The position numbers and the translations under genes were made by a program. A DNA stretch of 32,000 bases from Bacteroidales bacterium (GTDB lineage: Bacteria; Bacteroidota; Bacteroidia; Bacteroidales; FEN-979). Positions 16,557 through 26,714 of the stretch are shown in pieces. Position 1 is the stretch's first letter; every line of letters begins with the position of its first letter. The notes under the pieces are model-generated. The model ran no database searches and was not told the DNA's origin. It was given only the letters and a program-made list of their open reading frames with translations. The stretch is from contig JBBRTX010000015.1 of NCBI GenBank assembly GCA_038244085.1, forward strand, positions 4,997-36,996, read 5' to 3'.

Positions 16557-18761
16557 TTATTCCGTATCAAACCTGAACGCCAGGAAATCAAGGATCAGAG
16601 GCATATCTTCAAAGCGGAGGCCATTTTTTACCAGGTAGGGAATGTCCTCTGTAAAAGCGGAAATGAATGTTTCTTTTGAAAAATTCGGGTCATTCATGGC
16701 CAAAAGATAAGATTCCATCGCTTCATTCCTTTTTCCGAGGCTTAGCATTACATGGGCTGCATTCATATAATCAAACGCGGTTGGGGAAGCCGATTGCAGG
16801 ATGGTCTGGTAATGCATGGAAGCATCTGACAGCTTTCCAAGAACAAAATGAAGATAGGCAATGGGGCGGAGCACTTTCAGGTTATCCTGCTGGTAAAACT
16901 CCACCCTGGAATAATGTTCAAGTGCTTCTTCGAAATTCCGGAGATTCAGATTGCATTGAGCAATCTGCGACTGGATTTTCAGATCATCCGGTTTAAGAAT
17001 GGCAGCATCTGTATAATAGGAGAGCGCCTGGGTAAAGTCCTTGATCTTCATGCTGCACCAGCCAAGTTTTTTCATGATCCAAAGGTGATCTCCCTCAAAC
17101 AAATCTGCTTTCTTATAAAAGGTAATGGCTTTCTGGTATCTGCCCAGTTTTTGGAAAGAATAACCGATTTTCTCAAAATACTCCCCTTTCAGAGGTTGTT
17201 TATCCGACAGATACTGATATAATTCAATTGCTTCAGGGTACCGTTCCTTTTCAAAATAAAACCCTGCCAGCCGCTCGGTAAAAGCATCCCTTTCAAAAAA
17301 GGTTTTATAAAAATGAAGCTGGTTAAAATGAACAGGAACCCTGAATATATCTTCAAATTCATTCCGGAACGGGTAAAGTTTGAAAAACCGGTAAAGATCC
17401 TGGATATATTGAATAAAAATGCTGTTGGAGGCGGCTTCAGGACTGAGAATTTCTTCTTCACTGGCCATTTCTTTCATCTGTTCCAGTTCCGCTTCAAAAT
17501 AGGAAACCAGCATAGAACGTTGCTGTGGAGGTACCGAATGGAAATTAAGCGCGAAAGAGTATTTGTCTGAATTACAGAGATAAAAGGCTCGTTCCAGACC
17601 TTCGACCAACCGGGGATAGAATTCTTCTTCCTCAACAGAGGCCCTGACAAGATCGGGATTAGATGAATAATAGGGCATAAACCAGTTGCTCATCCGGTTA
17701 AAGAAATCGAAACGTTTGAGAAGGGAAAAGGTACTCATGAATACATCGCCGCCTTCCATCTGCATCTTCGTAAATTTCTCAATCCGTTCGAAAAGCCCGG
17801 GTACTTCATCAAGGATATCCTTCCATCCGGGGTTTTTCCCTTCCGGATCTTCCTCCTCATTACCGATCTGTAATTTATCTTCCATGCGTGGCATCATTTT
17901 CTGCATTTCCGGAAGCACCTCTTCTTCAAAGGCTTTGGTTATCTTTTCCGTTTCCTGGGCCATCAGGAGCTGAAGTAACAGCGCCTCCACATCTTTATTT
18001 AGGTTTTCGTCCAAGCTGAGTTCTTTCATTCGGTTCGTGAGCTGGGGGAAATAATTGATTCTTTTGTCGTACAAGATCAGAACGAATAATAACCCTGTGA
18101 GGGCTCTTTGATAAACCTGGTGTTCTCTTTCGTCAATGAATTCGGTTAGCAGAAGGATTTTTTTCGGATCAAAGTGGTTAAGCAGGTTCAAGGTCAGGGC
18201 AGAAACGATGAGACTTTTCTCGTACCATGGAATATCACCGGAGTGAACCATCTTGTGAATACTTTCGGCTGGCTTTTCGTGCAATTTACCCGAAAGCCAG
18301 ATAAAACGGAAGGCCGGATCGACAGGAGTTGTGCCTTGTGCAGTCGTTCCGGCTTCCTCCAGCATCTTTTGCATCGCTTTTGCGGTAAGCAACTCGTCAA
18401 GGTGGTCAGCCACGGACTGCATATCTTCTCCGAATTCCTTACTGATAGCGGCTCGTTCGAGGTTTTTATGGGAATATTCCTTTTCCGACATTTCAAACTT
18501 TACATCATCAGCAAGGGTGAGAATTGAACCGGAGATTTCCAGAAGGATCTTTTCCCGCTCCGGGTCGGCAAATCCTTCAAATGCATATTTTAACAGGTTC
18601 TGGTAATTTTCAGAGATATTCCTGAACTGATAAAAATAATCTGCATTCGCCGAAAATCGGATCAATGGGGCAAGGGCATCGAGGGCGTGCTTAATCCTTC
18701 CGCTGTAAACATCATTGCTGATTTGCAAGTGTTTTTTTACAATGTCTGTCAGAGTTATCAT
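16557..18761 (-). CDS. Tetratricopeptide-repeat protein, cytoplasmic
   Basis: Repeated TPR-like helices (PEAIELYQYLSDKQPLKGEYFEKIGYSFQKLGRYQKAITFYKKADLFEGDHLWIMKKLGWCSMKIKDFTQALSYYTDAAILKPDDL...); ATG at 18761 chosen. Confidence 0.8.
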   Translation of the reverse strand: MITLTDIVKKHLQISNDVYSGRIKHALDALAPLIRFSANADYFYQFRNISENYQNLLKYAFEGFADPEREKILLEISGSILTLADDVKFEMSEKEYSHKNLERAAISKEFGEDMQSVADHLDELLTAKAMQKMLEEAGTTAQGTTPVDPAFRFIWLSGKLHEKPAESIHKMVHSGDIPWYEKSLIVSALTLNLLNHFDPKKILLLTEFIDEREHQVYQRALTGLLFVLILYDKRINYFPQLTNRMKELSLDENLNKDVEALLLQLLMAQETEKITKAFEEEVLPEMQKMMPRMEDKLQIGNEEEDPEGKNPGWKDILDEVPGLFERIEKFTKMQMEGGDVFMSTFSLLKRFDFFNRMSNWFMPYYSSNPDLVRASVEEEEFYPRLVEGLERAFYLCNSDKYSFALNFHSVPPQQRSMLVSYFEAELEQMKEMASEEEILSPEAASNSIFIQYIQDLYRFFKLYPFRNEFEDIFRVPVHFNQLHFYKTFFERDAFTERLAGFYFEKERYPEAIELYQYLSDKQPLKGEYFEKIGYSFQKLGRYQKAITFYKKADLFEGDHLWIMKKLGWCSMKIKDFTQALSYYTDAAILKPDDLKIQSQIAQCNLNLRNFEEALEHYSRVEFYQQDNLKVLRPIAYLHFVLGKLSDASMHYQTILQSASPTAFDYMNAAHVMLSLGKRNEAMESYLLAMNDPNFSKETFISAFTEDIPYLVKNGLRFEDMPLILDFLAFRFDTE

Positions 18762-18983
18762 GAACCGGGTCAGACAAAGGATATACCAGAGGTTGCCATC
18801 TGACACTTTTGCAGGTCAGGAGTCAGTAATCCAACGGTACGGCCATATCCGTGACCGGACAAGAGCGAAAATCTGCACATTGTAATTCACGGAAAATCAT
18901 AGTATTGAACTCTTCTAAATAACCGTGAACCTCGATCCGTCTTGTTTCAAATGGTTACTTTTGCGGTAAATTAACTTACGATT

Positions 18984-21518
18984 TTGCTTCCCGGGATAAA
19001 AAAAATACTTCGTTTACTGATTCTGTTTTTGATCTCTGCCCCGTTATTCGGGCAGGAGCCGGAAATGTTCCGGATTCCCTGTCAGTATAAGGTCGGATGG
19101 GTCGCCGACGGAACTTCCTATGATAAAAACACGAACGAAATCATCCGGGAAATCTCCTTTTCCGCTGTTAAAGGGTTAAATAAAACGGCACTGATTCTCG
19201 ATTTTACAATTGGTTATACGGTTCGACCGGCTGAGGAAAACCAGTCGTTGGTGCAGATTTTTCTGGGCACTCCGTCCGTGCGTGGCGATAAGTTTATCCG
19301 CGGGTTCGATCAGTCTGTAAAACTCAGGCCCGACAAGGTTTTTATAACATTCTATCAAAGGAGAAAAGCGGATTCTCTGGTGATAAAAAGCCAGGAGTGG
19401 AAGAATATTTTCTGGTGTTCCCCGGATTCGGCCACCACATCGGTTTTAATCCGGGATTATGATAAAATGAATGATACCCTGATAATTACGGTTGATCGTA
19501 TTGCATATAGTGAAGATGCGTTCAATGCCTTCATCGAGCAGATCAAACTGGTGAATGACTACTATGCCTGTTCGGCTATCCTTGATTCCCTGCAAATCCT
19601 GTCAGGAAAGAGTAGGATCGGGGATGTGAATAACCTGCCGCGGAACCTTGTTTGGGTGGAGGAGTTTTATAAGGTGATCCAGGAAATGGGGAAAAAAAAT
19701 TTTGATGAGCACCTTGACCTCGAGCAATATGATCCTGCGAATTACCGGTTGAGGTACCGCGAACTTTTCCGTCTTTCGAAGAGTACTGCCATGACTTTCC
19801 GCCAGAAACTGGATTCCTCGGTTCTGATCGAACCACCTTACCCGCTTTCATTATCGGTGAAGGAATTTGTAAATAGCATGTTGAGATATATCCGGTGGTC
19901 GTTGTTGGTTAATTCGCGTAACGGAAGGATCTATGAAGATTATCTGAATACCTTTTTTATTTCCAGGGTTTATGAAGATAATTATGATGTATTAAAGGAA
20001 ATGCTTACAAAGATATACCCGGCCGAAAATACAGATTCTTCCTATAACCGTCTTTGCGAAATCCTTTGCAACGCCTATGAACAGGCGGCAGATTCGCTCA
20101 TGTCGGGTTACCAGTATGCAGAAGCATCCCTGCTGATGGATAATGAAGAGCAATTTATTCGTTTCAGCGGCTATAGGTCCGGCAATCACGATCATTCGGT
20201 TTTAAAGATCAAAGCTTCGAATGGGATTTATGATTCCTACCTGGGTGTTGCCGAAACATCGATGAACAACGGAAAATTTCAGATGGCCGAGAACTATCTC
20301 GGGAAAGCCCAGGAATACCGGAAGAAAAAATACGGGTTCATTACGATTGATTCCTTGTTACAGATCGTTTCCAGGCGGTTGGTTGGATTAAAACTGGCAC
20401 AGTGTGACACGCTTGCAGTTCATGAACATTTTGATGAGGCTATCGCCTGTTATCACAACCTCAATCTGGAATATGACAGCCTGACCAGTTTGATTTTCCG
20501 GGAGGAGATCAACCTGAAAACGGCGCGCTGTCTTTTTGCAAAATACCGTAATATCGGGTTGGTGTACTTTGAAAAAAACAACCTTCCTGATGCCGGTAAA
20601 TATTTCCATATGGCGGAAAGTATCCGGACCGGGAATAATCTCCCCGCCGATTTCCAGCTGGATTCCCTTTTTAATGTGGTGTATCCATGGTACCTGGTCA
20701 GTATTCTCCGTGCAAAGGAAGACCTGGTGTGGACTAACCAGTTGGGAAAAGCCACTCACTTTGCGGATTCTGTCTCATCCCTTGCCATAGCCACCGGCCA
20801 TCAGAATCAGCCTGATTTTACTGCCCAGCTGGCACGATACCGCAGAAAAATCCAGGAGAAAACCTGTTATAATGCCACTGAGAAATTTGAAGTGCTTGTT
20901 TTACGGGGAGAGCGAAACCTGGAGATGGGAAATTTCATCAAAGGAACCCTTTTGCTGGATTCAGCGCTTGTACTTTCAAAGCAACAGCCTGAATGCCGGC
21001 TTCCCATGGATGGACTTGCCGATACAATCATGAAATATGATGATCCGGCACTTTTTCAGAAGAAACTGATAACCAGTACCAACCTGGTTTCTATCAACGA
21101 TTACAAGAATGCGGTAGCTGCTTATCTTGAGGCGGACCGTTTCTACCAGGAGCGGAAACTGGACCGGTTCGGATTGCAATGTCAGGCTCTGTATGATTTT
21201 GCCAGGCAGCGATCCATTGCGGGGCTTACGCTTGAGTCGACCGTACATTTTCTTTCTGCGGCCCGGTATTCAGAGGCCTTTCGATTCCTGGTGCTTCTCC
21301 GTTTGCAGGATTATCCTTCAAAAGAAACCCGGAAGATTCAGGAGACCCTCGGGCGGGAACTGGCTTCGGCAGATTTTCCCGGCGGGAATGGAAAGGATCC
21401 CGGGACATCTCTTGCCCGCTATACTCCTGAAGATAAATGGTTTTCAAGATTCCGGATGTCTTATCTCTATCAATGGAATATCCTGAAGAATGAAAAAACA
21501 AAAACCTTAGAAAATTAA
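18984..21518 (+). CDS. Secreted/periplasmic TPR-like hypothetical protein
   Basis: Signal peptide LPGIKKILRLLILFLISAPLFGQ; helical repeat character; TTG start, no in-frame upstream ATG. Confidence 0.65.
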   Translation: MLPGIKKILRLLILFLISAPLFGQEPEMFRIPCQYKVGWVADGTSYDKNTNEIIREISFSAVKGLNKTALILDFTIGYTVRPAEENQSLVQIFLGTPSVRGDKFIRGFDQSVKLRPDKVFITFYQRRKADSLVIKSQEWKNIFWCSPDSATTSVLIRDYDKMNDTLIITVDRIAYSEDAFNAFIEQIKLVNDYYACSAILDSLQILSGKSRIGDVNNLPRNLVWVEEFYKVIQEMGKKNFDEHLDLEQYDPANYRLRYRELFRLSKSTAMTFRQKLDSSVLIEPPYPLSLSVKEFVNSMLRYIRWSLLVNSRNGRIYEDYLNTFFISRVYEDNYDVLKEMLTKIYPAENTDSSYNRLCEILCNAYEQAADSLMSGYQYAEASLLMDNEEQFIRFSGYRSGNHDHSVLKIKASNGIYDSYLGVAETSMNNGKFQMAENYLGKAQEYRKKKYGFITIDSLLQIVSRRLVGLKLAQCDTLAVHEHFDEAIACYHNLNLEYDSLTSLIFREEINLKTARCLFAKYRNIGLVYFEKNNLPDAGKYFHMAESIRTGNNLPADFQLDSLFNVVYPWYLVSILRAKEDLVWTNQLGKATHFADSVSSLAIATGHQNQPDFTAQLARYRRKIQEKTCYNATEKFEVLVLRGERNLEMGNFIKGTLLLDSALVLSKQQPECRLPMDGLADTIMKYDDPALFQKKLITSTNLVSINDYKNAVAAYLEADRFYQERKLDRFGLQCQALYDFARQRSIAGLTLESTVHFLSAARYSEAFRFLVLLRLQDYPSKETRKIQETLGRELASADFPGGNGKDPGTSLARYTPEDKWFSRFRMSYLYQWNILKNEKTKTLEN

Positions 21519-21576
21519 AAGAAGCAGGAGGTCTCGGTTCTTATTTTTATTTTTGCTGATCTGTAAAATCAAAACC

Positions 21577-22311
21577 ATGAAACGAAAGCTGCTTCTGATC
21601 TCGAATTCTACCAATGCCGGGGAAGATTACCTCGGCTGGCCACGAAAATTTATTAAGGAATTCCTTGAGAAAAACAACGTGGAAAAGATTCTCTTCATTC
21701 CATACGCAGGCGTAAACCTGTCAACGGAAGGAGTGTCACAATCTTTTGACGTTTATGAACAGCGGGTTGCGTCCGTTTTCCGGGAGCTGGGGGTTTCCCT
21801 TCATTCCATTCATCACGAGTCAGATCCGGTCGCTGCAGTCCGGTCAGCCAAAGCCATTGCTGTTGGAGGAGGAAACACTTTTCACCTGGTAAAGATGATG
21901 CATGATACCGGGATCATGGAAGTGATCCGTGAACGCGCTCTTTCAGGAATTCCTTACATGGGATGGAGTGCAGGGGCAAATGTTGCCTGTCCGACCATGA
22001 AAACGACCAATGACATGCCCATATCCGAACCTTCTTCTTTTGATTGTCTTAACCTGGTTCCGTTCCAGATCAATCCACATTATCTTGATGCCAATCCGGC
22101 AGGGCATGGTGGAGAGACCCGGGAACAAAGGATCAATGAATTTCTGGTGATCAACAAAGAAATAACCGTCGCCGGCCTTCGTGAATCGTGTCTTTTTGAA
22201 GTGGAAGCAGGCCAAATCAGCTTACAGGGTCCACGGCCGGTAAGGATTTTCAGGTTCGGCCACGATCCTGAAGAGTTCAAGACGGGAGACGATCTGAGTT
22301 TCCTCCTCTGA
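21577..22311 (+). CDS. pepE: Dipeptidase E (peptidase family S51)
   Basis: KRKLLLISNSTNAGEDYLGWPR, FIPYAGV, AIAVGGGNTFHLVKMM, GIPYMGWSAGANVACPTMKTTNDMPI; ATG at 21577. Confidence 0.9.
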   Translation: MKRKLLLISNSTNAGEDYLGWPRKFIKEFLEKNNVEKILFIPYAGVNLSTEGVSQSFDVYEQRVASVFRELGVSLHSIHHESDPVAAVRSAKAIAVGGGNTFHLVKMMHDTGIMEVIRERALSGIPYMGWSAGANVACPTMKTTNDMPISEPSSFDCLNLVPFQINPHYLDANPAGHGGETREQRINEFLVINKEITVAGLRESCLFEVEAGQISLQGPRPVRIFRFGHDPEEFKTGDDLSFLL

Positions 22312-22956
22312 TTAAAGCTTTACCAGTCGGCCGATACCGGTTTTGTGATTGCTGAATTGAACCTTCAGCAGGTAGATCCCGCCAGGCAGGGAAGATATAT
22401 CTATCCGATTACCGGAGAAGGAAATCATCTGTGTGATATTTCTGCCATCGTATGAATAGAGTTCCGGTTTTTCAATCGCAGGTGCATTCAGAATAAAGAT
22501 TTCGGAAGTGGCCGGATTCGGGTAAAAGCGAATGGTTTCATAATTTTTCTCCTGAATGCCTGTGATGGATATTACCTTCGCAGACCAAACCCTTACAGGA
22601 ATCCCGACCGTATCAATCGTTCCATGGGCTATCGGTGTAACTTCAAAAGCAATATATTTATTCCGGTCATGCAATGAATCGGTGACATAACTGATTCTGG
22701 TTGCGGAATCGATTGCCACTGGATTCAACTGAGTGATCGAGTCGGCGCGGTACCACTGGTAAAATGAATTGCCTTCCGGACGATTATTTGTGTCGGCATA
22801 AGAATAAATTCCCGACAGAAAAGATCCCACATTCAGAGTTCCCTGGATGGCAACATCATAAGCCCGGGGAGGTACCTGGGCGAAGGTTGTTAACGAAAAT
22901 CCCGAAAGGAAGAAAGCAGTGCAAATAACGAAAGTAAGTAGAGAGTGTTTTGTCAT
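22312..22956 (-). CDS. Secreted protein with C-terminal type IX secretion (Por) sorting domain
   Basis: Signal peptide and FYPNPATSEIFILNAP...LYSYDGRNI...IDISSLPGGIYLLKVQFSN...LVKL. Confidence 0.88.
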   Translation of the reverse strand: MTKHSLLTFVICTAFFLSGFSLTTFAQVPPRAYDVAIQGTLNVGSFLSGIYSYADTNNRPEGNSFYQWYRADSITQLNPVAIDSATRISYVTDSLHDRNKYIAFEVTPIAHGTIDTVGIPVRVWSAKVISITGIQEKNYETIRFYPNPATSEIFILNAPAIEKPELYSYDGRNITQMISFSGNRIDISSLPGGIYLLKVQFSNHKTGIGRLVKL

Positions 22957-22959
22957 GAG

Positions 22960-24237
22960 TTATATTTGTTTTTGATTTTCAAATAGATGGAATTCCCAGG
23001 GTTTCATCTCAAAGGATGTCCCTTTTTTCATTTCAGTATGAGTAAGTGAAAAAATATCCCTGAATGGGCCCGACAGAATGGTTTCCTGGAGGGAGAAAGT
23101 AACCGGCTGCGGCGAGAGATTAAAAATTCCCACCATCGTGCTATGATCTTTTGACCGGAAAAAGGCATATACCGAATCATCATGTCCTGTGTCGATTTTC
23201 TTCAAATCTCCACCATCCGGCTGGTTCCACAGGGCTTTATTCTGTTTCTTATATTGAATAAGGGTTTTATAAAAGAAAGCAAGGCGATAGTGATCCCATT
23301 CAATCAGATCCTTATCGAAGAAAGCCAATCTCCTGTCAAAACCGGATTCTTGTCCGCTGTAAATCAATGGCATTCCCGGGATGGCAAATTTCAGTGCGGC
23401 AAAAGCCAGGGCAGCGGGGCCCATTCTTTCATATTCGGTTCCGTTCCATGAATTTTCATCGTGATTCGAAGTAAACCGGAGGCGGATGGCCTCCGGAGGG
23501 AATATTTTTGCATTTTCCTGCCAGATCGGGTCGATCAAACGAGTTGTTTTCGTTCCCTTTGCGATATCGTTCATCAGATGGTAAATGTCCCAGGAGTAAG
23601 TCGCATCGAAAGCAATCTCATGCATATCCGGCGTTTCCCATTCAGCAAGCATAAAAACATCCCTGATTTCCCTGATTCTGGGTACGGCTTCATTCCAGAA
23701 GGTGACCGGCACCATTCCTGCAACATCACAGCGGTATCCGTCAATTCCCGCCTCTTTCACCCAGTAAATCAGCGATTGGATCATATATTCGCGAAGATCG
23801 GGGTTGTCGTAATTCAGATCCGCCACGTCGGTCCATTCCTTTATTCGTGAAATGACCTTTCCGGTTTCATCCTGCGCATACCAGTCGGGATGTTCAACAG
23901 CCAAATGGTTATCTTTCGAGGAATGGTTGGCAACCCAGTCGATCAGTACATACATTCCCAGCTCATGGATTTTATTTACAAGATCCCTGAAATCCTCCAT
24001 TGTCCCGAATTCGGGGTTGATACCTCTGAAATCACGGATGGAATAATAACTGCCCAGGGTTCCTTTCCGGTTTTCCAAGCCGATGGGATAAACAGGCATC
24101 AGCCACAGGATTTTTATCCCTATATCCTTTAACCGGGGAAGATGTTCTGCAAAAGCGCGAAAAGTGCCTTCGGGAGTGTACTGCCGGAGATTTACTTCGT
24201 AAAGTACCGCATCTCGTGACCATTCCGGATGTATCAT
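22960..24237 (-). CDS. GH13 alpha-amylase-family glycoside hydrolase, no signal peptide seen
   Basis: VLIDWVANHSS, GIDGYRCDVAG, MLAEWETPD, FTSNHDENS: all four GH13 regions present; ATG 24237 (MIHPEWSRD). Confidence 0.88.
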   Translation of the reverse strand: MIHPEWSRDAVLYEVNLRQYTPEGTFRAFAEHLPRLKDIGIKILWLMPVYPIGLENRKGTLGSYYSIRDFRGINPEFGTMEDFRDLVNKIHELGMYVLIDWVANHSSKDNHLAVEHPDWYAQDETGKVISRIKEWTDVADLNYDNPDLREYMIQSLIYWVKEAGIDGYRCDVAGMVPVTFWNEAVPRIREIRDVFMLAEWETPDMHEIAFDATYSWDIYHLMNDIAKGTKTTRLIDPIWQENAKIFPPEAIRLRFTSNHDENSWNGTEYERMGPAALAFAALKFAIPGMPLIYSGQESGFDRRLAFFDKDLIEWDHYRLAFFYKTLIQYKKQNKALWNQPDGGDLKKIDTGHDDSVYAFFRSKDHSTMVGIFNLSPQPVTFSLQETILSGPFRDIFSLTHTEMKKGTSFEMKPWEFHLFENQKQI

Positions 24238-24283
24238 ATCTTTCCTCCTGTGCTTGGTTTCCTTTTGGCTGAGAAATGATGCA

Positions 24284-26677
24284 TCAGTTGGATAAAATTT
24301 CAAAAGCGTTTCCTTTCAATGTCAACCGGATCTTGTTCTTTTCCGTTTTCGCATCGCTTCCGAAGTTATTGATCAGTTTCATGTTCACAAATCTTTCGGG
24401 AATTTCAAAGGTGATATTCCTGGCAGTCCGGTCTTTGTTGAAGATCACGAAAACCACTTTTCCGAAATAGCTGCGCATATAAACGAAAATCTTATCGGAA
24501 GCCTCAATGGTTCTGAAATCGCCATATATCAAGGGCAAGGAGTTTTTTCTCAGATGTGTCAGTTTTTCAACGGTTGCCTTCAGTCGGGTTTGTTGCGGTG
24601 AAAGACTGTCGAAGTGCATCATCCTCCTGTTATCGGGATCGTTGGCTCCGGGTATTCCGATCTCATCCCCATAATAAATAACGGGAATTCCGGGTATAGT
24701 CATATTAAAAGCATGTAAGGAAGCAAGTCGCTGATAACCGATGGTATCTTTCACTTCAATGTCGCGATCCCAGCCGGCTTTAAAATCATCTTCTCCCGGC
24801 ATCAAACTTCCGGATGCATAAGAAATGAACCGGGCGACATCCTGGCAGCCGCTGATATTCCCCATCAGTGAATGGTCGCCGTAATAACTGAAACTTTCCT
24901 GGAGGGAATGATTCAGGTCCTTAAAAGAGGTGTTATCCCTGGCAAAGGTATTTCCGGCATCGAAATAGAGGTTGAAATCAAACTGGCCATCAAATTTCCC
25001 CGGGGTGATATCATTCATGATCTGTTCACGGGTACCGAACGTTTCCCCGATCTGGAAAATGGGCCTGTTATCCGGAATGATCACGTTTTCTTTAAGTTTT
25101 CTGGTCAGAATCCGCCAGTAACTTTCGGGAACATGATTTGCGGCATCGTGTCTCAGACCGTCAATCTCATAAGCTTTGATCCAGAAAAGAGTGGAATCGG
25201 ACATCATGGAGGCTACTTCCGGGATGGTTAGGTCGAGGGTAGGAGTAGCTTCGTCGAACCAGGTGGTGTAAGGTTGTTCATTCCAAAGCCGGATGTTCTT
25301 TTTGTTATTTTCCAGCAACAGGGGAGTGGTCCATTCCGGATGTTTCCGGTAAAGCTCACTGTCTTTATTGATCCGGTTGGATACAAAGTCCAGGATGACG
25401 TTCAGGTCTTTGCTGTGGGCCTCTTCTACCATGGATTTCAGCTCTTCAGAACTTCCAAATCGGTTGTCGATTGTTGTGAGCGAAACAGGCCAGTAACCAC
25501 TGTAACCTGTACTTTTTCGGTGAGGAGCCATGAAATCGCTCCAGGAGCCCTGGGGGTTTTGAATTACCGGTGAGATCCAGAGGGTGTTAACGCCCAAGCT
25601 GGTAAAATATCCATCTTCTATTTTCTGGAGGATGCCGGACAGGTCGCCTCCCTGGAAGTTTTGTTTCTTGTCCAGCAATGAATCCTTAACCGGCGCATCA
25701 TTTTTCGCATTTCCGTTCATGAAGCGGTCAACCATCAGGAAATAGATGATCATCGCCTCTTTGTCCTCCCGGGTCAGGTCGCCAGCATTGGTGAGCACTT
25801 TGCCATCTCTGACCGGAATCAGGAGCTGATTGGATGCCCCGGCGGAATTGAATGCCCAAACCCGGATGAAGGAACGGTTGAAATCCTTTGCCTTTTTCGG
25901 AATCCGGATGCTGATGCCGACACTGTCAGGTTTCCAGAATGTTGAATCGAGCTGAACGTTTTGCCAGAAAACCAATATGTCGGTGGTTTTATTTTTGATG
26001 CCGATTGAAATTTTGTCCTTTTCTGCTTTATTCGTGAAGAGATAAGGAGTGCCGCTTGTGTTCAGGTTACCGGCATGAAAAACGGAATGCCATACACCGT
26101 TGAGACCTTCGGAAATATCAGGATTATCTGGATCCAGCATCATTTTACCGTTAATCAGGAGCTGATAATCGTATTTCCCAGGATAGAGCAGGAGATCCGT
26201 TTGCCATTTGCCATCTTTCACTTTCAGGACATTCTTTCCCTGCGTCCAGTTATTCATCTCGCCGACCAATTCCACGCGGTTATAATCCTTCCCTTTGGAG
26301 TCAAATACAAAATGCTGCCAGACCCTGGTTGATTTTTCGATCACCAGGCTGTAGGAAAAACCATTTGCCCATACTTTCATCACACTGAGTCTGGGGATGG
26401 ACCGGTCTTTCGGGATCAGGATTAGTTGGGATGAATCTGCTGAAAACCGGTATGACAGGGAAGGATCCAACACGAGTGAATCAATGGCTTTCGGATGTCT
26501 GAAATAATCGGAAAGTTCGATCACGGTTGAGTCAGGCTGCAACATGATGGGTGATGCGATACCGGCCATCTCGGGATTGGTTGAAATCGCAATGTCTTCA
26601 TGATTTTTGCAGGCCTGAACCAGGAATAACCCCGCAGTCAGAAGGAGGAGCTGAAGGAAAGAGTATTTTCCGGACAT
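24284..26677 (-). CDS. GH13 alpha-amylase-family lipoprotein with N-terminal glycogen-binding (CBM48/AMPK-like) region
   Basis: Lipobox-like LFLVQAC; QNFQGGDLSGI, VILDFVSNR, EIDGLRHDAANH, FQIGETFG, ISGCQDVARF; VELVGEMNNWTQG... N-domain; ATG 26677 gives a clean signal peptide. Confidence 0.87.
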   Translation of the reverse strand: MSGKYSFLQLLLLTAGLFLVQACKNHEDIAISTNPEMAGIASPIMLQPDSTVIELSDYFRHPKAIDSLVLDPSLSYRFSADSSQLILIPKDRSIPRLSVMKVWANGFSYSLVIEKSTRVWQHFVFDSKGKDYNRVELVGEMNNWTQGKNVLKVKDGKWQTDLLLYPGKYDYQLLINGKMMLDPDNPDISEGLNGVWHSVFHAGNLNTSGTPYLFTNKAEKDKISIGIKNKTTDILVFWQNVQLDSTFWKPDSVGISIRIPKKAKDFNRSFIRVWAFNSAGASNQLLIPVRDGKVLTNAGDLTREDKEAMIIYFLMVDRFMNGNAKNDAPVKDSLLDKKQNFQGGDLSGILQKIEDGYFTSLGVNTLWISPVIQNPQGSWSDFMAPHRKSTGYSGYWPVSLTTIDNRFGSSEELKSMVEEAHSKDLNVILDFVSNRINKDSELYRKHPEWTTPLLLENNKKNIRLWNEQPYTTWFDEATPTLDLTIPEVASMMSDSTLFWIKAYEIDGLRHDAANHVPESYWRILTRKLKENVIIPDNRPIFQIGETFGTREQIMNDITPGKFDGQFDFNLYFDAGNTFARDNTSFKDLNHSLQESFSYYGDHSLMGNISGCQDVARFISYASGSLMPGEDDFKAGWDRDIEVKDTIGYQRLASLHAFNMTIPGIPVIYYGDEIGIPGANDPDNRRMMHFDSLSPQQTRLKATVEKLTHLRKNSLPLIYGDFRTIEASDKIFVYMRSYFGKVVFVIFNKDRTARNITFEIPERFVNMKLINNFGSDAKTEKNKIRLTLKGNAFEILSN

Positions 26678-26714
26678 ATTTTTTGTTTTTGTGGATATCA
26701 TTTAAATTTCATTA

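Noticed and set aside
24872-25231. Plus-strand ORFs across the GH13/glgB cluster (e.g. 23461..23850, 24872..25231, 27126..27548, 28359..28802, 30058..30453)
   Set aside because: All lie opposite intact, motif-bearing enzymes; composition typical of antisense frames.
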